Assembly: GCA_963718615.1 (NCBI GenBank)
Contig: OY970368.1
Coordinates: 2,432,001 to 2,496,000, forward strand
DNA from: an uncultured cyanobacterium
GTDB taxonomy: Bacteria > Cyanobacteriota > Cyanobacteriia > PCC-9006 > JAAUQQ01
Reading direction: 5' to 3'
Length of the DNA: 64,000 nt
In this document: positions 60,214-64,000 of the stretch, piece after piece
Numbering within the stretch: position 1 is the stretch's first letter
Layout: every line of letters begins with the position of its first letter
Position numbers and translations under genes: made by a program
The notes under the pieces: model-generated
Database searches by the model: none
Seen by the model: the letters and a program-made list of their open reading frames with translations, nothing else
What the model was told of the DNA's origin: nothing

Positions 60214-60594
60214 ATGACCTACGCAATTGTTGAAGTCGCCGGTAAGCAACTGTGGGTAGAACCCGGTCGCTTTTACGATATCGATCGCCAAGGCGCAGAA
60301 CCCGACGACTCCATGACGTTGGATAAGGTGTTGTTGGTTAACACCAATGGTGATGCAACGGTGGGCCAGCCCTATGTTGAGGGCGCTACAGTCGAAGCCA
60401 CAGTTATGAACCATCTGCGGGGCAAAAAAATCATCGTTTACAAGATGAAGCCCAAGAAAAAGTTTCGGAAAAAGCAAGGCCACCGTCAAGATTTGACCCG
60501 CATCATGGTGGAGTCAATTTCTGTGGGCGGTAAGGTCATTGCCAAAGGCGAAGCGGCCAAGGACCTACCCATTTCTGAAGCAGAAGTGGAATAG
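60214..60594 (+). CDS. rplU: 50S ribosomal protein L21
   Basis: YAIVE..GKQ, VGQPYVEGA, KKQGHRQ. Confidence 0.97.
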   Translation: MTYAIVEVAGKQLWVEPGRFYDIDRQGAEPDDSMTLDKVLLVNTNGDATVGQPYVEGATVEATVMNHLRGKKIIVYKMKPKKKFRKKQGHRQDLTRIMVESISVGGKVIAKGEAAKDLPISEAEVE

Positions 60595-60648
60595 AGGTCC
60601 GCGAATTTATTTTGCTGTAGTTTGCAGATTGACTGAGAGGACAAAATC

Positions 60649-60909
60649 ATGGCTCATAAGAAAGGTACAGGCAGCACTCGGAACGGTCGCGATTCCAATT
60701 CTAAGCGCCTGGGCGTAAAGCGCTACGGCGGTGAAGCCGTGACGGCGGGCAGCATTTTGATTCGTCAGCGCGGCACTCACTTTTTACCAGGTAACAATGT
60801 GGGTCGCGGTGGAGATGATACGCTATTTGCCTTGATCGAAGGCGTTGTCAAATTCGAGCGCAAAGGCAAGAACCGTAAACGGGTTAGCGTCTATACGGCT
60901 CAAGCCTAG
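60649..60909 (+). CDS. rpmA: 50S ribosomal protein L27
   Basis: [16 protein letters not shown]. Confidence 0.98.
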   Translation: MAHKKGTGSTRNGRDSNSKRLGVKRYGGEAVTAGSILIRQRGTHFLPGNNVGRGGDDTLFALIEGVVKFERKGKNRKRVSVYTAQA

Positions 60910-60950
60910 AGATTTTCTGGTTTGACGAATCTCAATTTGATGACCTAAAA

Positions 60951-60985
60951 CAAAAGACCAGTTGGCCCAGGCCAGCTGGTCTTTG
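60951..60985 (+). terminator. Hairpin terminator after rpmA
   Basis: aaagaccagttggcc-ca-ggccagctggtcttt inverted repeat. Confidence 0.7.
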
Positions 60986-61004
60986 TCGATTCTTTAATAA
61001 GACT

Positions 61005-61733
61005 ATGCCGCTCAAACCCTACCAGCAGATTCCCATTACCGATTGTGGTGAAGCGCTCGTGCCGATTCCGCTAGAACAGTTTGCTTGGGTTGATCCCCAT
61101 CCCTATGCGGTTTTGGGTGCCCCCTATGGCGAGAAATCTCCGTTTTATCTCCGGGAAGGAATTTTAACTCGTTTGCATCAAGCCCAAACCTATTTGCAAT
61201 CACAGCGACCTGGCTGGCGGATTCAGATTTTTGATGCCTATCGCCCGGTAGCCGTTCAGCAATTTATGGTGGACTATACGTTTGAACAAGAGCGTCAAAA
61301 GAAGGGTTGGGGCGATCGCCTTTCTCCTGAACAAACCGCTGCGCTCTGGGAAGCAGTTCACAACTTTTGGGCAACGCCTAGTCCCGATCCCCAAACGCCT
61401 CCGCCTCACAGTACCGGAGCCGCGATCGATATAACCCTAGTGGATGAAACCCAGACTAGCATTGATATGGGTTCATGCATTGATGAAATTTCAGCGCGAT
61501 CCTATCCGCTTTATTTTGCAGCGCAGTCCACAAAAGAAGCACAACAATATCATCAGCATCGCGAGCTGCTCTGCAAGGTCATGAACCATGCAGGCTTTTT
61601 GCGGCATCCCCGAGAATGGTGGCATTTTTCCTATGGGGATCAAGTCTGGGCCTGGTTGATGCGTGAAGCAACTACTAAGTCAGGAATGGGGGTAGTTGCT
61701 GAGATGGATGCTCACTACGGACGCGCCGAGTAA
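61005..61733 (+). CDS. D-Ala-D-Ala dipeptidase (peptidase M15D, VanX-like)
   Basis: DAYRP, PHSTGAAIDITL, EWWHFSYGD. Confidence 0.9.
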   Translation: MPLKPYQQIPITDCGEALVPIPLEQFAWVDPHPYAVLGAPYGEKSPFYLREGILTRLHQAQTYLQSQRPGWRIQIFDAYRPVAVQQFMVDYTFEQERQKKGWGDRLSPEQTAALWEAVHNFWATPSPDPQTPPPHSTGAAIDITLVDETQTSIDMGSCIDEISARSYPLYFAAQSTKEAQQYHQHRELLCKVMNHAGFLRHPREWWHFSYGDQVWAWLMREATTKSGMGVVAEMDAHYGRAE

Positions 61734-62734
61734 TAGTCTTTATACCATTGCACAAACTTTGGAATGCCTTCTTCAATGGAGGTTGTTGCTCGAAACCCAA
61801 TCTCTCGTTGTAAATCACTAATATCTGCAAAGGTTTCTTTAACATCCCCTGGTTGCATGGGTAAGAGAATCTTTTCTGCGGTTTTGCCGATGGCCTCTTC
61901 TAAAACCTCGATAAACCGTAACAGAGCGACGGGTTTGTTATTGCCAATATTGTAAATTCGGTAGGGTGCTGTACTAGTCCCAGGTGTTAGCGCAGCCGTA
62001 TTAGAAACGGGCTCTGGAACATGGTTAAGGGTTTGAATCACACCTTCAACAATGTCATCCACATAGGTAAAGTCTCGCTTCATATCTCCTTGATTAAAGA
62101 CCTGAATTGGACGGCCTTCAAAAATAGCATTGGCAAATAGAAATGGAGCCATATCTGGACGCCCCCAAGGCCCATAGACCGTAAAGAAACGTAATCCTGT
62201 AATGGGTAGCTCATAGAGGTGACTGTAGGTATGAGCCATCAATTCATTAGATTTCTTGGTTGCTGCGTAGAGACTGACAGGATGATCAACATTTTGATCT
62301 ACGCTAAATGGCATCTCGCGATTGCTGCCATAGACTGAGCTAGACGAAGCAAAAACTAAATGCTGAATTTTGTGATGACGACAGCCCTCTAAGATATTGA
62401 GAAACCCATTGATATTGCTGTCGATGTAAATATAGGGATTCTGAATTGAATAGCGAACCCCTGCCTGAGCACCAAGGTGTGCCACTTTATCAAAATCATA
62501 GTCGACAAACAGACGTTCAATTCCAGGGCGATGACTTAGATCAACTTTCTGAAAAATGAAATTATTAAAGGCTTTAAGACGACTAATTCGGTCTTCTTTA
62601 AGCGTGACATCGTAATAGTCGTTGAGATTATCAATTCCGACGACAAACTTGCCAAGCTGAAGCAATCGATGGCTGAGGTGATAGCCAATAAACCCCGCAG
62701 CTCCTGTAACGAGAATTGTTTCCTGTTCACTCAT
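61715..62734 (-). CDS. NAD-dependent epimerase (UDP-glucuronate 4-epimerase-like)
   Basis: TGAAGFIG, AQAGVRYS, YAATK, FFTVYGPWGRPDMA, MQPGDV. Confidence 0.93.
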   Translation of the reverse strand: MSEQETILVTGAAGFIGYHLSHRLLQLGKFVVGIDNLNDYYDVTLKEDRISRLKAFNNFIFQKVDLSHRPGIERLFVDYDFDKVAHLGAQAGVRYSIQNPYIYIDSNINGFLNILEGCRHHKIQHLVFASSSSVYGSNREMPFSVDQNVDHPVSLYAATKKSNELMAHTYSHLYELPITGLRFFTVYGPWGRPDMAPFLFANAIFEGRPIQVFNQGDMKRDFTYVDDIVEGVIQTLNHVPEPVSNTAALTPGTSTAPYRIYNIGNNKPVALLRFIEVLEEAIGKTAEKILLPMQPGDVKETFADISDLQREIGFRATTSIEEGIPKFVQWYKDYYSARP

Positions 62735-63031
62735 GTATGGGTTGGTCCCGTCAGATCTGGCGCATTTGACTTTAACAGGATGCATTGGCCAATACTAGAG
62801 CCCAAAATTTTTAAGCTCATTCATCCCATAAACACCTCAAGTTAAGACTCGGTTTGATTTTCAATTGAGACGAGTGAGTACGTATTGGGCAAATCATTCG
62901 GAAGTCGCGCGTTTATATTTGACAAAATTTTGATAACTCTCGTCAAATAGAGTAGCCTGCTCTTCTCTTTTAACTCAAACGAGTATCAACTTAGGACCCA
63001 TAAAGAGTCTTAAATGATCTGCTTGGACTAG

Positions 63032-64000
63032 CTATTCCTGGGTCGAAAGTTCGCTATTCCAGCCGAGCAATGTGTCGAATAGGGCCTCGTAGGTATTGCC
63101 TGAAGCGTTGCCTTTGGTTTTGTTGGGCAGCCGCAGGATAGAAACGGGATAGGCGGGCTCAAAGGTGTTGGTGTCCGGTGAGGCGTCTAAATCCACCGTT
63201 AAAATGCCAATGTGACTGGGGGTGCCTTCGGCGATCGCATCCTGCAAAGCCACATCCCGCTTCGGCACCGCAAAGCAAAAATAGTGGCACAGGGAGATAT
63301 AGCTTCTCCAATGCCCATCCTCTTCATACTCAGCCAGACAGCTTTTGGTATTGACCCCTAAGAGCTCCTTGGGCTGCAAGGCCGCCCATTGAGTCACCGC
63401 TAACACATCAATTTTGCGAGGTTGTCCATCAAAATAGGGAACGAGCTCCCCATAAACCCCGTAATTGCGGGCTGTGTAAGGACGAACAGCGCAATCTCGG
63501 CTCCAAAGGAGAGCATAGGTTTGAAGCGAGCTTTTGAGGGCTGCGGTGATGCGATCGCGCCCCAACTCCTCTGCCTGGGCCTGGGCTTCTTCCTGGTCTT
63601 CAGGTACCCGCCATTGCCCCAAATGGGCGTAGCTTCCCTCTTCTCCCTTTAGTGGTCTGCCTCGATTGCTGGGTGCATTGGCAGGACGATATTGTTGCTC
63701 CACTCGACGACATTCTAAAACCGTTGCTTCACCCGCAAGAACCTTATCCCGCATCGCTTCAAACACGGGCCGAGGGGCTTGGCGCTCTATTTTTTCGAGG
63801 CGATCGAGGGCTTCCGGTGCCGCTTGAATGTCCCCAATTTTGTCAATATCTTCGCTCTCAATTTGACGCAGATAGTAAACCGCTGCTTTGAGATAACGCC
63901 AGAAGAGCGAAGGCTGTCGTCCTGCTGATTTAGCAACCCCTTTAATCCAAGCGGTAAAGGAATGTAATCCCTTATCTAAATACAACTTTTCCTTACGCAC
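63032..64000 (-). CDS. 3' part of a protein with a C-terminal MmcB-like PD-(D/E)xK domain; start lies beyond the window
   Basis: RKIDVLAV...GVNTKSCLAEYEEDGHWRSYISLCHYFCFAVP resembles the MmcB pattern. Confidence 0.55.
   Translation of the reverse strand: MRKEKLYLDKGLHSFTAWIKGVAKSAGRQPSLFWRYLKAAVYYLRQIESEDIDKIGDIQAAPEALDRLEKIERQAPRPVFEAMRDKVLAGEATVLECRRVEQQYRPANAPSNRGRPLKGEEGSYAHLGQWRVPEDQEEAQAQAEELGRDRITAALKSSLQTYALLWSRDCAVRPYTARNYGVYGELVPYFDGQPRKIDVLAVTQWAALQPKELLGVNTKSCLAEYEEDGHWRSYISLCHYFCFAVPKRDVALQDAIAEGTPSHIGILTVDLDASPDTNTFEPAYPVSILRLPNKTKGNASGNTYEALFDTLLGWNSELSTQE

Noticed and set aside
26300-64000. Dense GCGATCGC octamers as a novel repeat
   Set aside because: Known cyanobacterial HIP1

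Overview
Cyanobacterial chromosomal window (abundant HIP1 GCGATCGC; petM, ycf39, nblR, an hli gene). Bases 1-24 kb form an AT-richer, all-minus-strand cluster of 24 genes. Its core resembles the Synechocystis icfG locus (PfpI, AGE-like protein, STAS, GlgX, STAS, RsbW-like kinase, GAF-PP2C). Upstream it is extended by a putative small-molecule pathway (ThDP enzyme, five NTF2/SnoaL genes, GMC oxidoreductase, SDR, OprB porin). Downstream it is extended by MinD/wHTH and a racemase / binding protein / atypical DAACS transporter / membrane sensor module. The rest is mostly core genes (sdhB, smc, nblR, NAD kinase, ycf39, petM, uvrB, rplU, rpmA) with two variable inserts. One is a caspase-FGE island with a broken EACC1-like partner. 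The other is a decaying type I R-M locus in which repeated copies of the hsdM 3' end separate stacked toxin-antitoxin/defence-like cassettes. No rRNA, tRNA or CRISPR array was recognised. All family calls are from recalled motifs; no database searches were run.
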